Shown here piece by piece: positions 1 to 8,872 of a stretch of 64,000 bases of DNA (positions within the stretch are counted from its first letter, which is position 1; every line of letters begins with the position of its first letter). The stretch is from assembly GCA_963792585.1 (NCBI GenBank), contig CAWBWI010000003.1, positions 896,001 to 960,000 of the forward strand, read 5' to 3'. The notes beneath the pieces are model-generated. The model ran no database searches. It saw only the letters and a program-made list of their open reading frames with translations, and had not been told where the DNA came from. The position numbers were made by a program, and so were the translations under genes. This DNA comes from Candidatus Eiseniibacteriota bacterium. Its GTDB lineage: Bacteria > Eisenbacteria > RBG-16-71-46 > CAIMUX01 > VGJL01.

Positions 1-201
1 GCCGACCGTCTGCGCGAGGATCCCCGTCCGATCATCCGGCGCGATGCGGCAGACCTCGCCCACGGCGATCGGCATCGAAGAGACTTCCACGACGGAACCG
101 ATGACCCGTGTGACCCTGCCGCAGATCGCGAATCGGGGGAGGGCTTCGACGCGGCCGACGGCTTCGTCGACCCATCCGACCGATGGCGCGTCACTCGACA
201 T
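1..201 (-). CDS. fliI: Flagellar export ATPase FliI, N-terminal part (runs off window start)
   Basis: Manual translation from ATG at 201: MSSDAPSVGWVDEAVGRVEALPRFAICGRVTRVIGSVVEVSSMPIAVGEVCRI..., the FliI/F1-beta N-terminal GRV..V.G motif; directly downstream of fliH. Confidence 0.85.
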   Translation of the reverse strand, partial: MSSDAPSVGWVDEAVGRVEALPRFAICGRVTRVIGSVVEVSSMPIAVGEVCRIAPDDRTGILAQTVG

Positions 202-868
202 GAAGACGCTCATAGAGGTTCTGGAGGGCCACGTCGAGGCGGCCGTCCACGATCCTGAGGGGGCTCTCGAGGAGGAAGCTCCCCGGCCCGATCGCCGGGT
301 CCGAGACCCATTCGACCGCCGACTTGCGCCCCTGCCCGTGGAGCCTCTCGAGATCCGCGGCGAAGGAGTCGAAGTCCGCGGGGCTCAGTCGGACTTCGAA
401 CGGGGTATCGAGCGGCATGAGGTTGAGCGCCTGCTCGACGAGGGACCGGGCCACGGAGGGATCGGTCGCCATCTCCTTCTGAACGAGCTTTCGCGCGACG
501 GCGACGGCAATCGCGTAGACGCATCTAGCGTGGTCGGGACCGAGTTCCTTGCGGGCGAGTTCGAGCGCGTCGATCGCTTGCTCGAGCGCCGTCACGAGCG
601 GCTGCAATTGCTCCCGCGCTTTCGCACGGCCGTCCAGAAGGCCGTCCGCGTATCCGTTGCGGTAGCGCTCGTCGGTTTTCGGATCGGGTGGTGGGGGCAG
701 GCCGTAGCGAGCGGGCGCCCCCGGCAGGCCGCCGAGATCAGGCAGGATCAAACCGCCGTCGGCCGCGGCCGATGGGAGGGGCACCCCGCGGGCGGCGCCC
801 GCGGGATCGATCTCTCCCAGGTCGGGCAGGGACCAGGCGTCCGACGACTCAGACAATGATCGCATCAT
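191..868 (-). CDS. fliH: Flagellar assembly protein FliH
   Basis: GxxxG repeat (RNGYADGLLDG), C-terminal DPAIGPGSFLLES...VDGRL; located between fliG and fliI; start uncertain. Confidence 0.9.
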   Translation of the reverse strand: MMRSLSESSDAWSLPDLGEIDPAGAARGVPLPSAAADGGLILPDLGGLPGAPARYGLPPPPDPKTDERYRNGYADGLLDGRAKAREQLQPLVTALEQAIDALELARKELGPDHARCVYAIAVAVARKLVQKEMATDPSVARSLVEQALNLMPLDTPFEVRLSPADFDSFAADLERLHGQGRKSAVEWVSDPAIGPGSFLLESPLRIVDGRLDVALQNLYERLHVE

Positions 869-1880
869 CTCCGCCTTCGCGACGGATCAAGATCTCGCCT
901 GCCTGCTCGAGGAGCCGCGCCGTTTCGGTGATGCGCGCGTGCGCGCCCTCGACATCCTTCACACGCACGGCGCCGAGGAGCTCGATCTCCTCCTCGAGGG
1001 CGGCGGCCGCGCGCTCCGACATGTTCGACTTGATGTGACGCTTCAGCTCCTCGCTGGCCGCCTTCAGCGCCAGGGCGAGTTCCTTCGTCTCGATCTCACG
1101 GAGGATCTGCTGGATTCCCTTACCGTCGATCAGAAGGAGGTCCTCGAAGACGAACATCAAAGCGCGAACCTGCGTGGCCAGCTCGGCACTGCGCCCCGTC
1201 AGCATCTTGAGCAGATGCTCCTGGAGCGTGCTCGTCGTCTGGTTGAGGATCTTCGCGACCGCGAGGGGACCTCCGCTGACGGTCATCTCCTGCGTGAGTT
1301 GAAGCTCCGCGCGGTTGTCCAGCCCGGCCGACACCAGTTCGAGGACGTCGGGGGAGACCTTCTCCATCCGCCCGAGCCTGAAGAGCAGCTCCGCGACCAG
1401 TTCCTGATCCATTTCCCCGAGGATGGCCGAAGCCTGCGCCATATCGAGGTGGGACAGGATCAGCGAACTCGTCTGTGGATGCTCGTTACGCAGAATCCCC
1501 GCGAGAACTTCGGGCGCCGACTTGCGAAGCTTGACCAGCCCGCTGTCGATTCTCTGGAGCTGCACCTTCTCCAGGATCACTCCCCCGCGTGCCGCGCCCA
1601 GGGCTTGCTCGAGAATCTGCTGCGCATAGACCACGCCGCCGGAGGCAACCGAAGCCGAGCTGCGCGCGGTGTCCTGGAATTCGAGGAGCACCGACCGCGC
1701 GACGTCGGGCGGCACGGCGGGCATCGAGACGACCTCGCGCGCGACCAGTTCGACTTCCTCGGGCTGCATGTGCTTCAGGATCTTTCCGGCCTCTTTCGCG
1801 CCGATCGCCATGCAGAGGATCGCGCACTTCTGCGCCCCGGTGAGCGACTCCTTCGTCATCATGGTTCCGGCCGGGGGCAT
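849..1880 (-). CDS. fliG: Flagellar motor switch protein FliG
   Basis: LTGAQKCAIL, EHPQT, MFVFEDL, NMSERAA and GAVRVKDVE motifs. Confidence 0.97.
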   Translation of the reverse strand: MPPAGTMMTKESLTGAQKCAILCMAIGAKEAGKILKHMQPEEVELVAREVVSMPAVPPDVARSVLLEFQDTARSSASVASGGVVYAQQILEQALGAARGGVILEKVQLQRIDSGLVKLRKSAPEVLAGILRNEHPQTSSLILSHLDMAQASAILGEMDQELVAELLFRLGRMEKVSPDVLELVSAGLDNRAELQLTQEMTVSGGPLAVAKILNQTTSTLQEHLLKMLTGRSAELATQVRALMFVFEDLLLIDGKGIQQILREIETKELALALKAASEELKRHIKSNMSERAAAALEEEIELLGAVRVKDVEGAHARITETARLLEQAGEILIRREGGDDAIIV

Positions 1881-3385
1881 CAGGCGGACCTCGTCAGCCA
1901 GTCACGCAGGACCTGCGCGGTCTGTTCAGGGCGCATGTTCGCATCGATCGTGATCGGCGGTGGCGGCGGGGGTGGCGGTGGCGCCTCCACCGGCGCCGGA
2001 CCGGAGACGGCGGTCATCTGCGCGGACCGCGGGGAATCCTGTGAGAACAGGGAAGCGGAAATGGGGGCCGCACCGCCGACGGGGGTTTTCAGCGCCCGCA
2101 GGGCGAGGATCAACAGGGCCACGACGGCGATCACGCCGACCACGATGCGGCCCACCCGCTCGACGATGTACATGATGTCGGGCTTCGGCTTGCCCGCGGT
2201 GGGATTCTCCCCGGTTTCCTCGACCAGTGGTGTCACCGCCTCGAACGGAACGGCGAGCACGCTCAAACGATCACCCCGCGTGCTGTCGGCGCCGATCGCA
2301 TTCCAAACCATCGCGCGGACGCGGGTGAGATCTATCGGCCCGGAGGTTCCTTCGCCTCCGGAGACCGACTTCTCGTCGATCAGAATCGCGGCGGCCAGCC
2401 GCGTGACCCTGCCCACGGAGCCCACGCTCTTCTCGACCCTCCGCGATGTCTGGTAGTTGTTGTTGATGACCACCTGGCCGCCCGTCTCGCCGGCGGCGCC
2501 CGGCTCGGTTTCGCTCCGCTGCTCGGAGGAGAGGACCTGGGTGTCCGGATCGAAGGTCTCGACCGTCCGGTCGATCTGTTCGAAGTCGAGGGTGGCGGAG
2601 ATCTGCGCGCGCGCTCGCCCGAGCCCGACGACCGGCTCGAGCAGGTCGACGACCTTTGCGCCGAGGTTCTGTTCGATAGACCTCTGGATATCCAGTTGCC
2701 AGCTCGTCATTCCCGCCATCGAGCCGCTTCCCGCGGGCACGGAGAGCACGCGTCCGGTGTCGTCCATGACGGCGATGTTGTCGCTCGAGAGCCGCTCGAC
2801 GCTGTTGCTGACGATGAAGGTGATTCCCTGGATCGTCTCCCGCGAGAGGTTTACCCCCGCGCCGAGGGTCAGAACCACGGATGCGCTCGCCGCCCGATCG
2901 AGTTTCCGCAGGGGACTGGCGGTCGGCAGAGCGAGGTGCACCTGCGCCCTCTCGACGCCGTGGATGCCCTGGATCGTTCGCGCCAGTTCACCCTCGAGGG
3001 CGCGCTGGTAAGTGATCCGCTGGGTGAACTCGGTCATGCCCCAGGACGGCTTGTCGAACAGCTCGAGACCGGGCCGCCCGTTGCTCGGCAGTCCGTCCTT
3101 CGCGAGCGCGACGCGCGCGCGCGCGAGCTCTTCCACCGGCACCTGAATCTCGCTGCCGCCCGCGCCGAGGCGGTGAGGGATGCCGGCCTTCGTCAGGCGT
3201 TGATCGACGACACCCGCCTGGCTCAGGTCCATGTCCCGCACGAGGGAGACGTAGTTCGGGGTGGAAGCCCAGCGGCTTACGCCCCAAACGCCGAGCGCGA
3301 CGACGGCCGCCACGGCGATCATGACGAAACGGCGAGAAGCGCCTCCTGGCGCAGCCGGAAACAACGCTAAGGGTGTTCGACTCAT
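1880..3385 (-). CDS. fliF: Flagellar M-ring protein FliF
   Basis: GLELFDKPSWGMTEF, YQRALEGELARTI, ASASVVL; two TM segments; Pro-rich C-terminus. Confidence 0.97.
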   Translation of the reverse strand: MSRTPLALFPAAPGGASRRFVMIAVAAVVALGVWGVSRWASTPNYVSLVRDMDLSQAGVVDQRLTKAGIPHRLGAGGSEIQVPVEELARARVALAKDGLPSNGRPGLELFDKPSWGMTEFTQRITYQRALEGELARTIQGIHGVERAQVHLALPTASPLRKLDRAASASVVLTLGAGVNLSRETIQGITFIVSNSVERLSSDNIAVMDDTGRVLSVPAGSGSMAGMTSWQLDIQRSIEQNLGAKVVDLLEPVVGLGRARAQISATLDFEQIDRTVETFDPDTQVLSSEQRSETEPGAAGETGGQVVINNNYQTSRRVEKSVGSVGRVTRLAAAILIDEKSVSGGEGTSGPIDLTRVRAMVWNAIGADSTRGDRLSVLAVPFEAVTPLVEETGENPTAGKPKPDIMYIVERVGRIVVGVIAVVALLILALRALKTPVGGAAPISASLFSQDSPRSAQMTAVSGPAPVEAPPPPPPPPPITIDANMRPEQTAQVLRDWLTRSA

Positions 3386-3408
3386 GATCCCCTGTCGTCA
3401 GGCGCCGA

Positions 3409-3708
3409 TCACTGGACGTTCATCACGGACCGGTACGCCTCGGTCAGTTTGTTTCGGATTTCCACCAGCAGTTCGAGAGAGATCGAAGCTTCCTCGCTGG
3501 CTGCCATCACCTGGTGCAGTTCTACCGGTTCGCCCCGCAGGAACGCCTGGATCAGATCGCCCGCGTTCTTCTGTAGGTCGGACGCGTCGCCGAGGGCGCT
3601 CTTGAAGAGGTCGCCGAAGGACGGCGCGTCCTGCGAGGGCGCGAAGATCTGCTCGGGCGCCTCATAGGGGCGCAGCGTCGGGCCGTCGATTCGAATCGGT
3701 GAGGTCAT
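3409..3708 (-). CDS. fliE: Flagellar hook-basal body protein FliE
   Basis: VELHQVMAASEEA...VEIRNKLTEAYRSVMNVQ, typical FliE C-terminus. Confidence 0.95.
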   Translation of the reverse strand: MTSPIRIDGPTLRPYEAPEQIFAPSQDAPSFGDLFKSALGDASDLQKNAGDLIQAFLRGEPVELHQVMAASEEASISLELLVEIRNKLTEAYRSVMNVQ

Positions 3709-3712
3709 GGCA

Positions 3713-3988
3713 TCAACCCCGCACGTCGAGTCGCCGGCCGGTCGGCGCGTCCACGGGTTCCCGGTCCGCTCCCCCTTCGCGGTAGGTCAGAGGTCCGAGC
3801 GCCATCTGCTGCTCGAAGAAGGCCCTCTCCTCGGGTGTGAGGATTTCGATGAGGGAGGACTCCGCGCCGGCGGGCTCGCTTGCGACCTCGGAAGCCCCGG
3901 ATATCTTGCGATACTCGGCGGCAGCCTGCGCGGCGGCTTGCGGAATCCGCACGGGCGACGGAGGGAATGCGGAGACGTTCATCGACAC
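3713..3988 (-). CDS. Small hypothetical protein inside the flagellar operon
   Basis: Tightly packed between flgC and fliE; motifs LTPEERAFF and C-terminal GRRLDVRG; start may be ATG 3982. Confidence 0.7.
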   Translation of the reverse strand: MSMNVSAFPPSPVRIPQAAAQAAAEYRKISGASEVASEPAGAESSLIEILTPEERAFFEQQMALGPLTYREGGADREPVDAPTGRRLDVRG

Positions 3989-3997
3989 CGGTTGCTC

Positions 3998-4423
3998 CTA
4001 GATCTCCAGAGCACGTCGCAGCATGCTCTTGGCTGCCTGAAAGACGGTGGCGTTCGCTTCGTGGATCCGGCGGGCGATCATCAGGTCGACGATCTCTGTG
4101 TTGGTGTCCACGTTCGGATACTCGACGAAGCCCTCGGCGTTGGCGTCGGGATGGCCGGGGTCGTAGACGAGGCGCCCGGAGTTCGGATCGGAGACGACGC
4201 GGGTCTCCATGTCGCCGGCGCGCGTGCCGCCCTCTACGACCGCGATCTGACGTCGATACGCGCCGCCCTCGGTCGTGCGGGTCGTCTGTGCGTTCGCGAT
4301 GTTCGCGGCGATGATCTCCAGGAATTTCTGCTGCACGGCCATGCCTTCCGCGCTTGTCGCCAGCGAAGGCATCAACGCGCGGACCCTTCGTCCGACCGCG
4401 GAGGTGACGAGGGGATCAGCCAC
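3998..4423 (-). CDS. flgC: Flagellar basal-body rod protein FlgC
   Basis: IAANIANAQTT, YDPGHPDANAEGFVEYPNV, IHEAN motifs. Confidence 0.96.
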   Translation of the reverse strand: MADPLVTSAVGRRVRALMPSLATSAEGMAVQQKFLEIIAANIANAQTTRTTEGGAYRRQIAVVEGGTRAGDMETRVVSDPNSGRLVYDPGHPDANAEGFVEYPNVDTNTEIVDLMIARRIHEANATVFQAAKSMLRRALEI

Positions 4424-4712
4424 GTTCGCGCAGAGCCGCCCGGAGCCCCGCGTAGGCTCCCTGGAGCAACTTCGCCTCCGCCTCGTAGCGGATCTCGGTG
4501 TCCGCCAGGGCCGTCATGTCACGCTGGAGGTTGGCCTCCTGCGAGGCCTTGGCCTGCTTCGCCTTCAGCGTGTCCTCGAAGCTCATCCGGCTGCTCGAGG
4601 TCGCCGCGCCCGCCACGCGGGCGGCGATCGCGCGATGCGCGGCCATCGCGTCCTCGAGACCACCGCGCAGGGCGCTCGTGATCGACGAGGAACCGAATAG
4701 ACCTTTGATCAT
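4416..4712 (-). CDS. flgB: Flagellar basal-body rod protein FlgB (short, divergent)
   Basis: First gene of the flgBC operon; ATG 4712 after GGAGG; NLQRDMTALADTEIRYEA resembles the FlgB C-terminus; N-terminal ANNIAN motif is degenerate (AARVAGA). Confidence 0.75.
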   Translation of the reverse strand: MIKGLFGSSSITSALRGGLEDAMAAHRAIAARVAGAATSSSRMSFEDTLKAKQAKASQEANLQRDMTALADTEIRYEAEAKLLQGAYAGLRAALRERG

Positions 4713-4749
4713 GCGTCCTCCCTTGGGCCCACGAACCCGCCGCCTTGCA

Positions 4750-4765
4750 AGCAACTTCCATACCA
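4750..4765 (-). promoter_or_regulatory. Sigma54 (-24/-12) promoter of the flgB operon
   Basis: TGGTAT-GGAAG-TTGCT (GG-N10-GC) about 40 nt upstream of flgB. Confidence 0.75.
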
Positions 4766-4948
4766 CACTCTCGTGGACCGCAACGGACCAGCCTCCTGCT
4801 GCCGGAGGACCAAGATTGAAGCCGAGTTACGGGACGCGACGGTGGAGTGGTCGGCGGGACGGCTCCTGCGATGGAGGGGGCGAAGAGGAAGGAACTGCCG
4901 GTCGGCGTCGGTCACACCTGCCGGACCGGGGGCCGTATCGAGAAATGC

Positions 4949-5491
4949 CTAGGCGGCCTTCCGCTCCTCATCGACAGGGGGGGAGGCCTCCGTTTTCGGG
5001 GCGGATTCAGGGGCCGATTGTGCGGGCGCACCGGAAGCCGAGTCGCCAATCATCCGCTCGCCTGGAGTCGGGAGGGCGGAGGCAAGCCGCTCCTCTCGCC
5101 CGGTGACCGCGGCGCCCTCCGGAGAAGCCGCCGCGCGGCTCAGACGTTCGATCTTGATGCGGAGTTGCTCGGCCACGAAGGGCTTCAACATGTACTCCGA
5201 GACCCCCGCCTGACGGGCCGCGATGACGTCGTCCTTCGAGTTGCGGTCCGTCACCATCAGGATCGGGATGTCGGCGGTGTCCGGGTTCGCCCGTAACTGC
5301 TTGGCCAGCTCGACCCCATCGACGCCGTCTGCAGTCCAGGAAGTGATCAGCAGCGACACGCTCGGGTCACAGGCTTCGAGCGCCTGCTTCCCGTCAGGGG
5401 CGTCGACGATGTCTTCGATTCCAAAGCGGTGGAGGGTGTTGCGGAGGATTCGGCGCATCGAGGCGGACGGATCGGCGATGACACAGCGCAT
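4949..5491 (-). CDS. CheY-like receiver protein with low-complexity C-terminal tail; phosphoacceptor Asp appears replaced
   Basis: Receiver motifs (SMRRILRNTL, DGVELAKQLR, IPILMVT, YMLKPF); LITSW where LITDW is expected. Confidence 0.85.
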   Translation of the reverse strand: MRCVIADPSASMRRILRNTLHRFGIEDIVDAPDGKQALEACDPSVSLLITSWTADGVDGVELAKQLRANPDTADIPILMVTDRNSKDDVIAARQAGVSEYMLKPFVAEQLRIKIERLSRAAASPEGAAVTGREERLASALPTPGERMIGDSASGAPAQSAPESAPKTEASPPVDEERKAA

Positions 5492-5497
5492 GGACGG

Positions 5498-5824
5498 CTA
5501 CTCGGAATGCGTTTCCAGATCAACCACCAGGCGGCGGAGAACCTCGCCTCGGACCTCCGGGCGCCGGTAAAATCCCTGTGCGATTCGATCGAGAATCTCT
5601 CGCTGCCGCTCCTGCGTGAGTCCCGGCTCGCCGGCGTCGATCGGCTCGATCGATGCGCTGAACTCCCTCGCCGCCTCTGAGATCTCGACCGCATCCTTCT
5701 GCGCCCCTACCGGTTGCGCGTCTCGACGCTCCGGCGGCCGCGCGATCGGCTCGGGGGCGGTCCGGCGAAGCCGGCCGGCACCGGGCCGCGAGGTCGGATC
5801 GGGCTGGGTCGGGTTTACGTTCAT
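5498..5824 (-). CDS. flgM: Probable anti-sigma28 factor FlgM
   Basis: DAVEISEAAR and ERQREILDRIAQGFY match the FlgM pattern; sigma28-type promoter upstream. Confidence 0.75.
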   Translation of the reverse strand: MNVNPTQPDPTSRPGAGRLRRTAPEPIARPPERRDAQPVGAQKDAVEISEAAREFSASIEPIDAGEPGLTQERQREILDRIAQGFYRRPEVRGEVLRRLVVDLETHSE

Positions 5825-5923
5825 CGGTCCTCTCCCGGCGTCGCCATGCGACGCTCCAGGCGTTTCGTTGAGGCCGCTGCCGATGCCTTCCTGGCCTCGT
5901 GCGCATGGTCGGCCCCACTCGTA

Positions 5924-5950
5924 TTCTCGGTCCCCCGAAGGGAAACTTTA
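5924..5950 (-). promoter_or_regulatory. Sigma28 promoter upstream of flgM
   Basis: TAAA-N15-ACCGAGAA versus consensus TAAA-N15-GCCGATAA. Confidence 0.7.
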
Positions 5951-6033
5951 GGCCCGCGCGCGGATGCGTCGATCGAACCCCGCCCACGGGATCGCCCGGG
6001 AAGGATCGCCGCTCCCGGGCTGGGGAAAAGCGC

Positions 6034-6411
6034 TCATGCCGGCGAGGAGGCCAATCCCGCGGCGATGTGGCGGTTGATGTCGATCAGGGCCTGGATCTTG
6101 GAGGACACCGGCTCCGCCAGCACCTCAAACGTCCGCTGGTCCACGAAGGCGCTCAGTTTCAGAAGGTCCAGGCGAAGATCGGCCGGCAACTCGTGATTCT
6201 CCTGCGCCAGCTCGGACTGAAACAGCGTCCAGAGGTGCAGGTTCGAGCGAAGCGCCGCGACCAGGTGCTCGCTCCGGACGGGGTCGGCCCCGGCGTCCCG
6301 ATACGTCTCCAGCATCCGCGCGATCTTGAATAGCGCGCCAGCTTCGAGCTTGCGATTCGAGTCGGTCGCCTTGCCGTTGGACTCATAGACCTGTTGTGCG
6401 TTCGTGTACAT
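6034..6411 (-). CDS. flaF: Flagellar biosynthesis regulator FlaF
   Basis: ALRSNLHLWTLFQSELAQENHELPADLR and LIDINRHIAAGL, FlaF hallmarks; overlaps flbT. Confidence 0.92.
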   Translation of the reverse strand: MYTNAQQVYESNGKATDSNRKLEAGALFKIARMLETYRDAGADPVRSEHLVAALRSNLHLWTLFQSELAQENHELPADLRLDLLKLSAFVDQRTFEVLAEPVSSKIQALIDINRHIAAGLASSPA

Positions 6412-6790
6412 GCGTCAGCAACTCCCTTTCGTGCGCCAGGAGAGCCCGGGCGACCTTGATGGCGTGGTACAGCTTGCCGGCCACCGCGAGAGAGTCGATT
6501 TCTTCCGCAAGTGGCCGGCAGCTGGGTGCAACCTGGAGCAGTTCCTCGATGAGCCCGCGGCACGTGGTCAGGTGCTGTTGAGCCCGCTCGGGGTCGACGT
6601 ACATGAGTTGTAGAGCCAAGTAGATCCGCTCGGATGGCGTCCGAACCATGCTGGGACTCAAGATGTCGGATTCGCGCAGAACGGGAACTTCGTTTTCGAT
6701 GCGAAGCTCGGTGCGACTGTCCCCGTTCCGAATCACTGCGCCACTGATGATGACGCGCTCGTTCGGTTTCAACGTCAATTGGAGCGCCAT
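6383..6790 (-). CDS. flbT: Flagellin synthesis regulator FlbT
   Basis: MALQLTLKPNERVIISGAVIRNGD, TPSERIYLALQLMY, YHAIK motifs. Confidence 0.95.
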   Translation of the reverse strand: MALQLTLKPNERVIISGAVIRNGDSRTELRIENEVPVLRESDILSPSMVRTPSERIYLALQLMYVDPERAQQHLTTCRGLIEELLQVAPSCRPLAEEIDSLAVAGKLYHAIKVARALLAHERELLTHVHERTTGL

Positions 6791-6925
6791 TGGGATCCTC
6801 CGCGTCTCTACTTCCTCAGGCCCCGGGTGGGGCCACGTCCGTGGGGTCCGCTCCCGCGTCGGCCGCGGACCCGCCCGGGGCCGACAGGCTAGGCGCCTGC
6901 CGGCTCTCCGGTGTGTCCGCTCCGA

Positions 6926-7738
6926 TTAGAAAAGCTTCAGGATGCTTTGCTGGGTCTGCGACGTGAGCGACAGCGCGGTGATACCGAGCTGCTGCCTGGT
7001 CTGGAGCGCCAGCAGGTTTGCGCCCTCCTCATTCTGGTCTGCGGCCGTCAAGAGGTCGGCGCCGCCGGTCAGAGTGTTGATGAGGTTGACGGTGAACTCC
7101 TGGCGCGTGGTCACGACGCTCAGGTTCGCGGCCAAGCTCTTGGCGTTGGTCCGAAGCGTCACGAGGGCCGCGTCCAGGTCGGTCGTGGCCGCGTCGATGT
7201 CGGTGTCCGCAGCCCAGGCGTTCGCGGCGCCGGAGATGGACAGACCGGTCGACGTGCCGTCGAAACCGGTGATAGTCAGGGTCGAGGTGCCGTCCTCGTT
7301 GAACGTCACCGTCAGCGTGTCGCTGTCCAGCAGGTTGCGGCCACGATAGATCGCGTCTCCGGCCAGCTCGTCGATCTGGGTGAGCAATTCGTCGTACTGG
7401 GTCGAGAGAGCGGTCCGCTCGGCCGACGTCCCGCCACGGGCGGACTCGGCGATACCCTTCGCCTGCTGAATCAAACTCGTGATGGCGTCGATACCTTCCG
7501 TCGCCGTCCTCACCGTCTGGATCGCCTCGGCCATCATGTCCTTGCGCGCGGCAAGGTCGCTGGCCCGGCTCATGTGGTTCTGGGCGGCGAAGTAAGCGGA
7601 CGGGTCGTCGACCGCGCTGTTGACGCGCTTGCCGGTCGACAAGCGCTCCGTCGTCCTTGCCTGGAGGGCGGCGAACATCTGCAGGCTCGTGAGAGCCGAA
7701 CGCATCCCGCCGGCCAAGGTGATGTCATTGATCGACAT
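6926..7738 (-). CDS. fliC: Flagellin (short, alphaproteobacterial type)
   Basis: ATG 7738, MSINDITLAGGMRSALTSLQ; RLSTGKRVNSAVDDP; ADQNEEGANLLALQTRQQLG...SILKLF. Confidence 0.95.
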   Translation of the reverse strand: MSINDITLAGGMRSALTSLQMFAALQARTTERLSTGKRVNSAVDDPSAYFAAQNHMSRASDLAARKDMMAEAIQTVRTATEGIDAITSLIQQAKGIAESARGGTSAERTALSTQYDELLTQIDELAGDAIYRGRNLLDSDTLTVTFNEDGTSTLTITGFDGTSTGLSISGAANAWAADTDIDAATTDLDAALVTLRTNAKSLAANLSVVTTRQEFTVNLINTLTGGADLLTAADQNEEGANLLALQTRQQLGITALSLTSQTQQSILKLF

Positions 7739-7819
7739 GGCTTGATACCCCTTTCTGGGTGTCCCGATGTCCATCCCGGGCATTCTGCCCGGGCGCCGAC
7801 CGTGCGCCGGCTTCGGAAA

Positions 7820-7846
7820 GTCTCGGAGGGACCCGACAGGACTTGA
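7820..7846 (-). promoter_or_regulatory. Sigma28-like promoter of flagellin
   Basis: TCAA-N15-TCCGAGAC. Confidence 0.55.
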
Positions 7847-7880
7847 GAGGGGTCCGCCGAGTTTTCGAGGTTCATCCGGC

Positions 7881-7907
7881 TAAAGTGCAGCGGCAAAGAG
7901 TCGATAC
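7881..7907 (+). promoter_or_regulatory. Sigma28 promoter of flgL
   Basis: TAAA-N15-GTCGATAC. Confidence 0.75.
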
Positions 7908-7941
7908 GCTCATAGGAGACCAAGGGATAGGAGGGAGCCGA

Positions 7942-8805
7942 GTGCGGATCACCAACCAGATGATGCTCCAGAACGCGATGCGGGGGTTGAGGTTCAATCT
8001 GGAGGCGATGGCCCGAGCTCAGCAGGAGAGCCTCACGGGCCGCCGCGTCACGCGGGTCTCCGATGACCCCCAGAGCGCGGCGAAGATGCTGCAAGTGGGT
8101 GCGGAACTCAGCGATATCGATCAATATCATCGGAATGGGGTGACGGCGGGGGTGCGGTTGACGACCGAGGACACGGTCCTGACGACGATCAACGACCTGG
8201 TGACCCGTGCCAAGGCCCTGGGGATCGATGCGATGGCGGTCGATCCCGACGGGCCGGTCAACCTCGCGACGCTGGACGAACTGGCCGACATTCGCGAGCA
8301 GATCATCTCGCTCGGCAACACGAAGGTCGGCAACGAGTACATCTTCGGCGGCGGTCAGACGTCGACGCCTCCATTCGACAACGAAGGAAACTACCTCGGC
8401 GATGCCGACACGCGACGCGTGGAGATCGACCAAGGCATCACCACCGAGACGAACCACACGGGCGATCCGCTTTTCACCGACGTTCTGGAAGGCCTCGACG
8501 AGCTGGTCTCGTCCCTGATGACGGGAAGGAGTGAGCCGGTCGAGGCCGCTGTCAGCAAGCTCGACCGCGCGAGAATCCAGATCGGGGTGGCGCAGGCGGA
8601 GGCCGGCAACCGGCAGCAGACGATCAATGACGTCTCGATGCGGATGACGAAACGGACGGCCGACCTGCTCGACCAGATGAGCAGTCTGCGCGACGTCGAT
8701 CCGACCGAGGCGGCCGTCAATGCGGTCGCGGCCCAGGCGGCGCTCGAGCGCGCATATTCCGTTGTCGGAAAGACGCTCTCGACGGATATTTTGAAGTATC
8801 TTTGA
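7942..8805 (+). CDS. flgL: Flagellar hook-associated protein 3 FlgL
   Basis: GTG start after GGAGG giving MRITNQMM; TGRRVTRVSDDP; GNEYIFGG; DVDPTEA. Confidence 0.92.
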   Translation: MRITNQMMLQNAMRGLRFNLEAMARAQQESLTGRRVTRVSDDPQSAAKMLQVGAELSDIDQYHRNGVTAGVRLTTEDTVLTTINDLVTRAKALGIDAMAVDPDGPVNLATLDELADIREQIISLGNTKVGNEYIFGGGQTSTPPFDNEGNYLGDADTRRVEIDQGITTETNHTGDPLFTDVLEGLDELVSSLMTGRSEPVEAAVSKLDRARIQIGVAQAEAGNRQQTINDVSMRMTKRTADLLDQMSSLRDVDPTEAAVNAVAAQAALERAYSVVGKTLSTDILKYL

Positions 8806-8872
8806 TCGGACCTGTGCTTGGCCGTATTGCGGTCCGCCCGCGGATGGCGGGGAAAAGGGGCTAGGAAGACCC

